From Botryllus schlosseri (taxonomy: Eukaryota): a stretch of 60,000 nucleotides of DNA. The position numbers and the translations under genes are program-made. Of this stretch, positions 1 through 14,600 are shown piece by piece. The stretch lies in contig CM119371.1 in assembly GCA_051294905.1 (NCBI GenBank), positions 7,814,001-7,874,000 on the forward strand. The letters are read 5' to 3'. Position 1 is the stretch's first letter. Each line of letters starts with the position of its first letter. The notes under the pieces were generated by a model. It was given only the letters and a program-made list of their open reading frames with translations, was not told where the DNA came from and searched no databases.

Positions 1-922
1 ACTTGATGCTACAATCACCGCCGCTCAACTCGGCGTAGATAAACTGCAGAACCCTGTCAAAATAAGCGCATCTAGATCAGTGGTTCCTAAAATGTACGAC
101 TTTGCCATAAAGCGGGGCCAAAGCGTATGAATGGGGCGTTGTATGGCGGCGAAAATATCGGTACGTTCAGTTGATATTGTTTAGTTTCTTGTTAAGGTCA
201 ATATGTTATCGATAGATGTTAATATATAAGCGGTTAGATGCAAGGATCTCATGAATAAAAAATACATTGAAGCCGTTGATGTGCACCATGTGAACAAAAG
301 TCCAGAATGACAAATTCTTGAAATGAGAAATTTCGGTGACATCCGCCTCGCTGTAGCGATGACATGTCATGTTTCATAGAACTGCGTAGCGTGTGTACTG
401 TGTATAACTGGTTGCGCGCACATTTCTTTCATCATAGCATACTATCGTGGATGTGAGAGTCTGAGGTCTGGCGATGTTAATAAAACTCAGATTTGGGTTG
501 CGTTCTAAAAAGTCTTGAGAGTCGTTGCATTACATAAATTGAGGTAATTTATGCATTCCGGAATGATGGCGCTATAATCCTGTGCGGGTCTCCCACGATT
601 CGCCGATTCCCATCATAGTATTGCGTACAACGGACGGATGGGACAAGCTGGGCTCGTAAGTCGGTTGGGATTCGAATCGCGAAATTTTTTATGGAAATTC
701 AAGGCTGGTTAGTCATAGTGCGTGGCAGCGAGTGATGGGCACAATGATACACGAGTACTCTGATCTGAATCCAGTTTCAGTTCTAAAGATTCGAGTTTGA
801 GTACCGTAAATATATGGTCCCTGCCATGAGCGAAAATTATATCTGCCATGGTGTTTTTGTTTTCGTGGGAGAGTCTTAACCGCGATTTGTTGCATAGGAG
901 CATATAAAATTATTATCTACAC

Positions 923-2232
923 CAGGGGTGGGCAAACTTTTGAGCTCGCGGGCCGCATTCAATATCCGAATCTATTGGCGGGCAGCACTATATAAAATTG
1001 GGATTATAAACCAAACGGCATATTGGTATTTGATTATATAGTGAGGACAAGGACATAATATATAAGCTTATTAAAAACAATCCAAACATTGCTTTGATGA
1101 TATCATACACGTGTCACAAACAGTGGCGAGATATCATAGGCTGGTCGACCTCAATAACCAATTTGTCAAAACTATAGAGATGGATGTCGGTTGTCCCGAT
1201 TCTTGGAAAAGGATTGAAATTTAAATCTGTAAGCAGCGATCCGTTAATTTTGCGCAGAGAACGAATCTACCTAAGGCACGCGCGAATCGTTTTTTATAAG
1301 CACATCACTGAAATAATTTAAACTGGAGTGGCCAATCTGAAATCACACTAGTGATCCAAATTATGTCAATCTCGTTCAGGATTTTTGTGATGTTTAGCAG
1401 TTGAAACTTTTCAAACTGAGGAGGCCTTGGGATCGGGATGTCGCGCCAGTAATTAAACATAAATGTGATATATATATATAGAGAGAGTCTTTGTTTTCAT
1501 CCAACCAAAATACATAACAAATGGCAGTGATGGTGGTACAGAAAATATGCATGCGCAGTATTCGGTATTAGATAGGAATGATCGATAAGACCGTGAAGGT
1601 CATCTAGTCTGATCACACCAGCATCAAACAGGTAAACTTGACTCTGAACAGTCAGGCTGTAAAAAATATTTAGTTAAAAAAGGAAAATAGAAGAAAAATT
1701 GAACGATGGTAGCAAATGATCAATGAAGCAATGTCTGGGCGAGGTCGGGCAACAGTGTTAGTATAACGACAGGAGGTTTCCAAGTATGATTGTAAAAGAG
1801 TTCGCCCCACCCCCCTTATCGTCACAAAACGCAACCAGGATGCTAGCAAACCTAGCAGATAGTTATATGGCATGGAAGGTTGCGACTTTAGATGATAGAC
1901 TTTCAAATATGAAATGCAGACTAAAAAGACAGAGCAAGAAGTATGAATGGGATATTGATAGCGCGAAGCGCGGAAGTTTTTTCAGTTGAGCTCAGCTTCG
2001 CGCCCATCTTGAGATGCGTTCACCCACCCTCCCAAGTTGGGTGCGCCCCCAGTTTGAGAAACACTGCCTTAGAATTATCATGGTGAAAAAGTTTATTCAA
2101 GTCCCAGCATTAATTCGATTTTTAGTACGCATTTTATCAATATTTTGATAACTTTCTTTAGACTCTCGCGGGCCGCACAGAACGGTGTGGAGGGCCGCAT
2201 GCGGCCCGCGGGCCGTAGTTTGCCCACCCCTG
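923..2232. mobile_element. Non-autonomous hAT-type element
   Basis: TIRs CAGGGGTGGGCAAACT / AGTTTGCCCACCCCTG, subterminal GCGGCCCGCG motifs, exact 8-bp TSD ATCTACAC (915-922, 2233-2240). Confidence 0.85.
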
Positions 2233-2627
2233 ATCTACACGAATGTATTGCAAATTGGCACACTTGAGCCAAAACGACATATTTGTGAAGTCGTGAGCAA
2301 CCCACAGCATTGTGACAAGGTGTAATGAAATTATCACCATTGAAAAAATGCCAAATTATCTTTAAAGCGATGTAGAACCGGTGTTATATTCTTTTTGGTA
2401 GCATAAAAGATACAAATTCGAGGTTTCAGCAGCTTTCGTATTGCTGCGACCTCGTAAAATCAGTGATACTCGAATTCTCGGTTCAGTACCGAATTGCTCG
2501 AAGTGTAAGATTTTATCAGACCCTAATAACATGTAGTTGAATGTTACGTGTCATGTAACGAAATGGCAATGGTGAGCCGTGTGGGTGTGGGCATTAGGTG
2601 ATAATTTATTGATTTTCACTCCTGCAG

Positions 2628-5600
2628 AGGGTTATGCAATGTCTAGCGATTTTTACGAGAATGAGGCGATACTGAAGAAGATGAAGGATTACAATCAAGG
2701 AGGGTCGAATGTTAAATATGTCGCCGATCTGACTGGTGGGAACGGTACGTTAATTTTTCCTATCATAATATCTGATACTATACAGCCCTCACCACTCCAC
2801 TGGCCGTAGATAGACTACAGCGACTAGTTGATATATATTATTTTTTCCTGAAATTTTATTCTCCAAAGCGCCCTTTCCTAGAGCTCTGGCGCCCCCTCAT
2901 TCAAATATCCGTACTAACGGCCGTGGTGAAAAGATCGAAAAAGTGTCTGGATTTATGTTTACTACTTTATTACTAGTAATACTCGGGCTTGAATCACCAC
3001 GAATGGCCACTAGGGCTGTTCAAAAAGAGCCTTTTTTCCTGAATCTTGTTGGCTATGCGTGATTAAATTGTTAGGTTGCCTTAAAAAACGACGCACACCA
3101 AATTTTAATTCATTCCAACTAATATTCACGGGTTACGTAGAGTTTGAAAATTTCTTGGATTATCCACCGATCAAGAATAATCCCAGAATTATCGAATAAA
3201 AATTGAAATAACTCCGCTTCTACGGCTTGGAATTGAGTCAAATTTATTTTGCATGGTTTTTGAAGACAGCCCAACAATTTCATGGGGTTGGCAGAAAAAT
3301 TTGAAAGAAGTTTTTTTTTTGCGTTTTTGGGCAAATTCAAAATTTTCAAACTCTACGTAACCCGCGAATATTGGTTGGAATGAATTCAATTCCGGTGTGC
3401 GTCGTTTTTTAAGGCAATCTAACGATTTAATCACGTAGCCAGCAAGATTCAGGAAAAAAAAAGTTATTTTTGAACAGCCCTAATGGCCACTCCAATAATT
3501 CTTGATATACATATTGTGTGTACTATCTGTTTGGAACTCAAATCAGGCTGCCATCAAGACTTTCGCGTAGGTACAGGTCCAAATCTATTTGATTGGGTGA
3601 AATACAAACAGTTCGATTTCACTTTTGCGGTTTGCATTTCGGCGAGATTTCGACTATACCGGAATTATACGCTCCTCACCGAGTCAATTTACCAGGGAAA
3701 ATTATATTTCCGATGGCAGTTTTACTGAGGAACAATTTTACCCTCGAGGATTGATCGTATCTCAACACAAGAAACGCGTATAGTACTAAGTTGTACACGT
3801 TAGTTAAAAGGACATCTGTAAAGTCGTGAGCATTGTCACGAAGTGAAATAAAATAACCACCGCTGTACAAATGCGAACTTATCTTCAATGTAATGTAGTA
3901 CCGGCAAGCAATTATTAGTGCAATCCGCACGTTCCTTACTCTTGTGAGCAAAAAACACTGATGATCGAATACTCGACTAGAAGCTTAATACTCAATTCAG
4001 AATCGAATCACTCGCGTATTCGACTTTCCTTGCCCAACCCTAATAAGACGTAACTGAATGTTCAGTGTCATCCTATTAAGTTACAGTGGCTCACCATGCG
4101 GGAACTAGGTGATAATTTAACGATTTGGTCGTCTGCAGAGGGTTATACAATACCTGGTGATCCATACCAGAACGAGGCGATACTGAAGTGGTTGAGGAAA
4201 AACAATCAAGGAAGGTCGAATGTCAAATACTTCGCAGATATGACCAGTCGCAATAGTAAGTTAATGTTTCCTAATGGTAGGCCTACTTGATACAAAGTCG
4301 TTACCATTCACTGAATGTGGATAGACTGCAGAAGCTAGACTATATAACCAGCTAGATAAGTGGTTCATAAAGTGGGTGATTCTGAGAGACAGGGGGCACA
4401 AATGTACGAACGGAGCGATAGGAGGCGAAAATATTAGTACGTTCGGCTAATGATATCTGATTTCTTGTTTGGGCTTTCTTGCTATATAATCATAGATTAT
4501 GATATAAAAAACAGTTTGATGCTTGACGCATTCCAACCCGCGATAGGGGACAAGATCAAATCTGGGGAATTTGCTGTACATTACATCAGTGGTTCTCGAT
4601 GTGAGTCGTAACCCAAATATGGTCGGTCGAAGCGGGTAAATTTATATTGCGCAACTGAACCTGACTGAAACCTTGTTCTCGTACATTTTTTCTAATGTTC
4701 AGTGCCGTTTGTTTATTGATCGCAAATTGTGATGGTGCAGGGGTCCGTGAGCTTGAACATTTCCTGCATGAAGTTCATGATTTAATGAACAAATGGAAAT
4801 CATTCATCCGCACAATGTACACTATAGTCCAGCATTGAATTGTAATAATGAGAAATGTCAGTGACATATCAACGTATTATGAAGAATCATGTTTCATAGT
4901 AGTTCGTAATTGGTTGTCTGCACCTTCCCCGTCACATACATACCCGTGAAAAGCAGAGGTGGCCAGTAACGAAGTAGCCTACTTGAACTGTGCTGTCCAA
5001 ATCAGTGACAGTTAATACCCGTCTCGACTCGGAGCCGAATACTCGATTCAAAATCGAAGCGCTCAGGTATACGATTCTCCCAAACCCTAATAGCAGATAT
5101 AGGCTAAATATGATTGTACCGTGTCGTCCCACAAAATGGCAATAGTGGTCCATGTGGGAGTGGGTATTAAGTAATGAATTTACAGATTTCCTTTTCTGTA
5201 GAGGGTTATGCAATGTCTCTTGAACCATGCGAGAATGAGGTGCCTGAAAAGGGTTATGCGATGTCTGGCGATCCAACACAACTCCTCCGTATTGTTCGTC
5301 GACTTAACAACTACGGGCCTTATAATATGGAGGAGGGCACCATGCCATGATTGTCTAGAACCGGGTGTTCGAGTAAACAAAGGATTAGTATCGCATTTCC
5401 ATATCCAAACTATCATTTACAACCCCTGATGGATGTGGACTGCCTATTCTGTCAAAAATTGACACCTCCTGGAATGCATCAATATGAATCAAGCTAACTA
5501 CACCTTCCGCATAGCGCCATTTGTAGCTTTTGGTGGTTCATACGAACGAATTACGATCGTTTTCACAGCTACTTACTTACTTGAGTAGGTAAATCGGTAA

Positions 5601-8600
5601 ATTCTACTTCAAATAGTTTTAGGTTGCTTATAAAAAAAGTACTTCTACTCGTACTTAAGTAGACTTCTTCGTCGCTACTTCTACTTTTATCTTAGCAGCT
5701 TTCTTGACTACTTTGACCACCTCTGGTCCGTCCCACAAACTGACAATGGGGGGCCATGTGGCTATTACGTGATAATCTATCGATATGCTCTTCTGCAGAG
5801 GGTTATGCAATATCTCGGGATCCATACGAGGATGAGCAATCTGCAGAGGGTTATGCGATGTCTGGCGATCCGTACGAGAACGTGGCGATACTGAAGTGGA
5901 TGAGGGAAAACAATCAAGGAGGGTCGAAAGTCAACTATGTCTTTGATCTGACCGATCGGAATAGTAAGTTTATATTTCCTAATGGTACTTAATAATACAG
6001 TCATCATCGTTCTTTCTCCCTTTCGTAGATACACAAACTAGTCAATATGAGCGAATGTGACAGTCGTTCATTAAGCGATCGATTTTTAGGGGTAATGGGG
6101 GCGAAATGATACGAATAGGGCGGAAAGGTGCGAAAAAGATAGTTCGTCCGGTTGACTATTTTTTTGCTAAGATCCATATGAAATCGAAGGTTGTCGACAT
6201 ATAATTTGTTAGATGCACGACCCGTTCCGGCCGCGAAAGATGACAGAATTAACTCAGCGAAAGGGACTTTACATTACACCGGTGGTTCTCGAAGCTCGCG
6301 ATTAGAAAATACATGAACATTATTGTTGCGCACAATTAATGTAGTACTACAAAAAATCAGACAAATAAGATATTCCTGTGACAGGACTACAAAAAATCAG
6401 ACAAATGAGATATTCCTGTGACATCTACCTCACTGTATCAATGACACTTAAAAAAAAAACCGAATCGGCTTCATAAAACTGCGTAGCGTACTACTCCTTC
6501 TCTATTTCATACATGCCCGTAAAAAGGAAGCATACTAACATGGAAAATGAGCTTATATCGATGTACGAGGATTGAGTATCGTGATGGTAATAAAACTCAG
6601 ATGTGGGTCTAGTTCGGAAATCTTAAAGAGCCATTGCACTACACCAGGGGTATTTAGCTTGTTGGTCATCGTCCACTGGTGGACCACGGAAGCATTTTGA
6701 AGTGAGCCACAGAGGTGTTTTGAAAATTGTGGTGTTAGTGAAGGTTTAGCTATCTTTTTCATGTTATTCGCCCACAAATATATTCATATTATCGAATTAT
6801 ACGTAGGCTGCATAAAACTTTTTATTCGAATCTAATGGGATGTATAATATCGGCACGTTGGAGGGGATTTTATTGAACCTATACTTCTCACGACTTTATC
6901 AAACCCAGGATTAGGCTACACCGCTCAAATGCTCTGATATGAGACCAATCTTCAGTAGATTTTGAAATATTCTACATAAATCTGTGTAACATAAAAGGTC
7001 CAGTAGCTGCAATGTTATAACCAGACAGTTTTACGATGTCATGATGCATCCTCTCCTATGATGTCTATAACTCAATAATTAAAAGTTATGCCCGGCACAA
7101 AAACAATTTTATTCAAATATTTAGAAATGTGATTTTTTTCCTTGTCAAGCGTGAATAATACTACAGTAAATTACGTTCCCACGATGTTTGTGGAATGCCT
7201 GTCTGCAAGGTCCCGTCATATAAGGCGTAGGCCTACTAGTAAATTATACATTGAATATACCTATTATTGATGCTGCGGCCCGCGACGTCATCAAAAACGA
7301 GGAAATTGGTCCGCGAGCACTTTTGAGTTTGAGACCTCAGCTTTAGTACAACGTCGAGTCAATATTCGGATTGACTCGAGTCGAGTCATTTTCCGTATTT
7401 TTAGAAAAGAACCAGAGAGTTAAGTCATGCGAACAAATAAACGTCACTCGAGTTATCACAGCCCTGGGATCAATGAAATGAATATTGAAATTGAATATTG
7501 TCCGCAGTATTTTCCGACTTGATACCTTGAAAACGGGTACAGGTACAATCCTATCGAATTGAATTACAAGGATATTCTTTTTCATCGTTCTTGGGGAAAA
7601 GGTTCTGAGTGGCTCCAGTGGTACTGGAATAGGATTTCAGCCTAATCGCATGCAGAACTGATTTATTCTTTACGATCGCATAAGATATACATATTTGAGG
7701 TTTCAACACCTTTCGTATTATTATGCCGTACCAATCAACGATACTTGAATACCCGTCTCGACTCGGAGCCGAATAATCGACTCCAAATTGAATCACTCAG
7801 ATATACGATTGTGCTCAACCCTTCTAACAAGTATAACTAAGATTGTACTGTGTAGTCACATATAATGACGATGGTGAACCATGTGGGCATTAGGCGATAA
7901 TTTATCGATATGCTCTTCTGCAGATCGTTATGCAATGTCTCGTGAACCATACGAGAATGAGTCGCCTGCAGAGGATTATGCGGTGTCTGGCGATCAATAC
8001 GAGAACGAGGCGATACTGAATTGGATGAAGGAAAACAATCGAGGAAGGTCGAAGGTCAAATATTTCGCCGATTTGACCGGTCATAACAGTAAGCTAATGT
8101 TTCCTATTGTATTACCTGATTTTACAGTCATCGGTTCAGAAGCTAGTCGGTATCAGCGCCTAGATCAGCGGTTCCCGAAGTGGGTGATACTGCGGGACAT
8201 GGGCCCGAAAACGTACGAATGGGGTGCAACCATGTTTGTACGTTTTCCTAGTTTATTGACGAAGTCACTATATAATTGATCGATTACCGATTGTTGACTC
8301 CTCCAGCCCGCAATAGGTGACCAGATCTAATCTGACATAATTTGCCACCTAGTTTTTAATGTATGGTGCCTTCTTTTGGGAAACTAATCGCGTAATATGA
8401 ACGTTCAGAATTCTGTGAGCTTGGAGAATCGCCTTCATGGAGTTGGTGATGAGAAAAACAGATGGAGAACATTGATCCGCAATATGTACACAAAGTCCTG
8501 CGATAAAATGTCCATAAATGAGAAATATCAACGTGATATTATCCTCACTGTATAGATAACCTTTTCATGGCGATCCGTGTTTCATAGAGCTGCGTAACGT

Positions 8601-11600
8601 ACAACTGACTGTCTGCACCTTCTCTATGACATAAATACCAGTGAATTACAGAGATGGTCATTAACGAAGTACTTCTGCTCGTCGAAGCACTTCAATAGGT
8701 TTGCCTACTTCAGGGGTTTCAAACAAAACCTGGGCCGCGTTCCGGATTCAAACCTATTGCAGGCCGGACCAGAAGAGTTTTAACCAAGTCACATGATTTC
8801 GAGTCACAAGTCAATCTCATTTTCATAGTTCTGACTCTGATCATTATAATCGACCACCGAGTCCAAATCGTCGAGCAGATGGTCTAGTCCGGATCATGGT
8901 GTTATGACTCGAGTCCAAGTCCCCGTCATCTCGGATACTATTCAGTTTCGAGTTGTCTTGTGAAACTCAATTTTTACAACACTTCTTGGTGATATCGAAT
9001 GCTTCGCATTCATAATATACGAATTTTCCTCTCAAGTAGCTGTTTCTGGGTCCGAGTCATGCGTCATGACTCCTGTACCACATCGAGTCAATATACAGAT
9101 TGAATCATGTCGAGTCGTTTTCGGTATTTTGAGAAAATGACTCGAGTCAAATTGAGTCACCAAATAATCGCTACTCGAGTCGGACTCGAAATCTTGAAAG
9201 GGTAATGGTGCAATTCTATCATTTCATCGTTTTTTGGGGGGGAAGGTAAGTCTATCTGTGATACTGAAATGTGATTTCTGTTTAATGGGATATGGAACAG
9301 GCATATTCTTCATGGCAGCATAAAAGAGAGATATTTTAGGTATGAACACCTTTCATACTATTACGCCGTAACAATCTGCGATACTCGAATACTGGCCTCG
9401 ACTCCGAGGCTAATACTCGATTAAGAATCGAATCACTCGGGTATCCGATTTCGCAACTGATGGTACCGTGTCGCCCTACAAAATGACAATAGTGGTCCAT
9501 GTGGGTATTGAATGGTCAGGATTTCGATTTCCTTTTCTGCAGAGGGTTATGCAATGTCTCAAGATCCATACGAGGATGATGCTTCTGCAGAGGGTTGTCC
9601 GATGTCTGGCGATTCGTACAAAAACGAAGCGATACTAAAGTGGTTGTGGGAAAGCAATCAAGGCGGGTCGAAGGGCAAATATTTCGCTGATGTGACCGGT
9701 CGGAACAGTAAGCTAACGTGTCTTATTATATTACTTGATACTGCAGTCATCAACGAATATGCTAGTCGATATCACCGCCTAGGTCAGTGGTTCCCGAAGT
9801 GGGTGATTTTGCGGGAAATGGGGGCGAAGGGGAGAAATGTCGGTACGTTTTGCTAGTTTCTTGCTAAGTTAAACATATTATCAATAGACATTGATATATG
9901 AGCAGTTCGATGCTTGACTCATCCCAACCCGCAATGGCTAACAGATCAAATCTGGGGAATTTGCCCTACATTCCACCGGAAGTTCTCAAAGCATGGGTCT
10001 ATAACAAACTTCGCCTACTGTTCACGTACATTGTTTTGTAATGTTCTGTGCCTGCTTCTGGGAAATTATTCGCATATTATAAATGTTACGGCTTCCTTGA
10101 GCTTGAAAATTTCATACACGGATTTTGTGATTAGAAAACGGATGGAAATCATTGATCCGCACCATAGTGTATACAAAATCCTGCATCAACATTTAATGAG
10201 AAATATCACTGACATATCAACCTCACTGTATCTATGACCTTTCTTCGATGAACGATGTTTCATTGAACTGCGTAACGTTGGAGAAGGTGGAACAAAATGG
10301 ATGAATAGGTGCAATGATACAACGTGAATATTTGTAAAACCCGTCATCAAGAAACACACCGCTTCAACGATTTAGTAGCGTCATATCAGCCGCAATACTC
10401 ATGTCGATTGATTTCTCCAGGGTCGCTGTTTTTCTGAGAAAATGACAAGTCTTTTAATTTTGCTAACCTGCGTAAATTTACATCGCTATCTGTCGAACGC
10501 GTTTCAGAGGGGTGTATCCCGTCTGTTGTGCTTGAAATTGCTACTCAGCTTAGTAAGAGCAGTTTGGTTGGGGCAATATGGTTCAATGAAATCCAGTGGC
10601 AGATATTTTACAATGCATATAAAAATCACCACAAGGGTGCGTAGAAGCATGATTATCACCAACATTCCCTTAAAAACATCCCTTGGAGTGTAACACAATA
10701 AATGGAGAACGTTAAGGACGGTAAAAATCACGGCACGCGGTGAGCCGCGGCAGCGATCTACTTGCCACTTCCATTACAATTTCAAACTTCGGGATGTAAA
10801 CTATAACTGATCTTGGACACCTGCTTGTCCATCTTTTTCTTTAGGGGTTCCATGTTTGTCACTAACTGATGTTGTAATAATTTTCTTACTACTTTCTTAT
10901 TTACCCTGCCGCTTGTCCCACTGTTCCCCGCCCCGAGCGGCTGTCCTTTGGTTATTTCTTCGAATTTTCAAATTATATGTATATGAAAATATGAGTCATG
11001 TGTTCGTCTATTGTTTTGCTAAAGGTCATTGGTATTTCTGGCTTCGAAATATATTTATGAATTAAAATGTAATGTTCAGACCGTTGTGCCGCACCTTCTT
11101 CTGCAACTGTCAGTCTGCACCTTCTCTATGATATACATACCAGTAAATTGCAGAGTTGGTAAGTGTCGAAATACTTCTACTTTCCAAGTACTTCCAAGTA
11201 GGTTTTCCTACTTCAGGGGAGTCAAACTCGACTTAGTCGCGGGTCGGATTCAAACCCATTGGTCGCTTGTGGGCCAAACCAGTCAAATGATATTAAGTAT
11301 TGTCTGCAGTATTTTTTGAAATCTTATCTTGAGAAGCGTAGAGTGCAGGTGCAATTCTATCGAATTGAATTGCAATGATATTCATTTGATCGTTTTGACG
11401 GGAAAGCTGAGTTTATCAAGTAGTACTGAAATATATTTTCAGTAATGTGGAAATGGAATATTCGTTATGGTAGCATAAGAGACATATTTCAGGTTTTCAC
11501 ACTTTTCATACTATTTTGCCGTGACAATCGGTGATGCTCAAATACTCGTCTCGAATCACACGGGCATACGATTTTTTCAGCCCTAATACCAGCAAAATGA

Positions 11601-14600
11601 TTGTACCGTGTCGTCCCACAAATTGACAATGGTGAACCATGTGGGTATTACGTGATAATATATTGACATGCTCATGTTCTTTTGCAGAGGGTTATGCAAT
11701 GTATCGTGAACCATACGAGAAGGAGCATTCTGCAGAGGATTATGCGATATCTGGTGATCCATACGAGAACGGGGCGATACTGAAGTGGATGAGGGAAAAC
11801 AATCAAGGAGGGTCGAAAGTCAAATATGTCTTTGATCAGACCGATCGGAATAGTAAGTGTGCATTTCCTAATGGTACTTGATATTACAGTCATCATCGTT
11901 CTATAGGCGGAAAGATGCGAATATGATAGTTCATCCAGTTACTTTTTTTCGATAAGATCCATGTAAAATCGAAGGATGTCGACATTTAATTTGTTAGAAT
12001 TAGATGCACGACCCGTCCAAGCCGCGAGAGATGACAGTATCAACTCTGGGAAATGACTTTACATTGCACCGGTGGTTCTCAAAGTTCGCGATTGGAAAAC
12101 ACATGGACATTATTGTTGCGCACAATATAGGACTACAATAAATTAGACAAATGGGATATTTCAGTGACATGTACCTCACTGTATCAAGGACATTTTATTT
12201 AAACGAATCGGATTCATAAAACTGCGCCACGTACAACTGGTTGTCTGCACATTCTCTGTCTCATACATGCCCGTAAATAGGAAGCATACTAACATTGACA
12301 ATGAACTTATGTCGATGTACGAGTATTAGGTCTGGTGATGCTAATAAAAGAGCCATTGCACTGCACCAGGGGTGTTGAACTAGTGGGCCATCGTCCACTG
12401 GTCGGCCACGGGATAATTTTGCGGTGAGCCACAGGACTATTTTGAAAATTGTAGTGTTAGTGAAGGTTTAGTTATTTTTTATGTTATTCGCTCACAAATA
12501 TATTCATATTATCGAATTATACGTAGGCTACAAAGCTTTTCATCCGAATCTGATGAGACGTACTATCACGTTGGAGATTTATTCAACTTGAAATTCGTCG
12601 CGCCTTGCGCTATTGCATGCCTCTATTAGAATAGATTTATTTAGGATTAGTTGGCCTAATAGATGAATACGCATATTTGAGAAAAATAGGCACATCGACG
12701 TCGGCGATCACCACTCTGGCCACAGAACATTTTCAGACCGGGAAATCGGCCTCAGCTAAAAAGGGGTTGAGAACTCCTTCACTACACAATTCAATTGGTT
12801 AATGAATCATTTCAAACTTCGCTTAAATGGGCCGTTCAAGTGCATCCAATAACTACGTTGGCCAAATTTTGCATTTCCTCATTAAAAATGATAGTAAACC
12901 AATTAAAAAAAATCGTGTATTGTGCAACTATTCCCGTCATAGCGTAGGTGCACCGATTAACGGTGCTTTTCGTGCTGGTAGGTCGGCCGGGATTAGACAC
13001 TCGATGTAAATATTTCATCGAAATTTAAGGCTGGTTAGCCGAGACGCATGGCACCTCGGGCTAAGGATCAATCATTCGCGTACGCGGATTTGGATCGAAA
13101 GTCAATTGTAACGATTCTAGTTGAATAGCGAGTGATGATATTATTTTAGTGCCAAAACTATGTGGTCCTTAATCCAGTTAATCTGTCAGCAAATATTATT
13201 ATTTCGACAGTATTTTTCATGGTAGAAAACCTTTGAACGCGATTGGTCGTATCGCAGCTTACGACATATGTAGTACTAAGTTTGCGTGCGTCGTCAATAT
13301 GACTCATCTGTGATAGAGTTGCCATACGTCCGGAATTTCCCGGGAATGTCCGAAATTTCACTGTTCAAACCGCGTCCCGGAGGAATTTCTAAAATATGCC
13401 CAAATGTCCGGAATTTTGAAGGCTCCGAAATGTTTTCGTAAATCAACATAAAGGTATGGTTTTGGTGCAGATTTATGCCACTTGAAATTTTTCTTCGCGC
13501 GATTTAGTGTCACATTCATTGATCCACCATCCTCGCAAAGCATACAATTAATCGCAATTGGAAGAGAATGGTATATCACTGGAGTCAGTTAAGGCCATTC
13601 AGATGCTTTGGTCAAAGCTATTGGCTCTACACCTGTTGTCGTTTGTCTTTATTCTGGTGTTCGCAAAGATGTTGAACATAATCATCTTCCAAAATTGATC
13701 TTGAGAAAGTCCAAGCAAAGGTGCTGTCCGTTTTTCAGTAATCAGTTAATGAAATTCTGAGCTGGGCTACGAAACATTTTCAAATTAGAAATGGAGTCGC
13801 GACCATGATAGGCTGAAACCACCGGATGTGCAACCTGCTGGTGCGGATCTGCATTTAGGCTCATAAACACTAATATCTGTGTGACAGGACATGACTTTAC
13901 GATGCGTAATTCCGTTCCCTGTATTTTCGAAGTCATCATCCTCCAATAGCTCTACCGCTAGCTATGATGATAAGGGCGGAGAAAGATCCAAATTTTATAG
14001 CAATACAAGGAAAAAGTAATATTATAGACCGATTTCATCCACAAAATTTAACGACCAGATGCATATAGAAACGCGATGTATATAATAAAGCCCCAGAAGT
14101 TGCATCTATTACCCGATGGTGGGCTCATGATCAGTGTTTTTTTGGATTGGCGGGGTCTGAAAAAATGTTGTTTAGATCCAGGTTACGACACATAACCACA
14201 TGAATGCACCGACCTAACATTATAGCGACTCCTAATTCGGATCGTGACCACTTATGGTCAGGGCATGGTATGGTATGGTATGGTATGGAAGTATGGTATG
14301 GTATGGATCGATATTTTGGTATGGAATATGGAACAATGCAAGTATGGTATGGAATGGAAGATTTTAATCTATGGTATGGAACGACATTTCCATACTTCCA
14401 TACTTTGGTGTTTTATACATTTTATCGTGATCTGTGCAAGCTTCAAGAAGCGTAGTTGTTCGCTGTTCAAGGAATACGATCACTTGTGTGAACGTGAACT
14501 ATTGAACGCTGTGTAGTTTCAAATACACGCTTGTGCAACGGTTTTACGAGCACTTGGAATGATATGATTTTGTGATGTAATAATGACAACAGTAATGTTG

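Noticed and set aside
14204..14516. ORFs rich in WYGM, and similar ORFs at 27061, 40199 and 45372
   Set aside because: They are translations of MITE subterminal micro-repeats (GTATG, ATTACA, GACTCC, GACTC).
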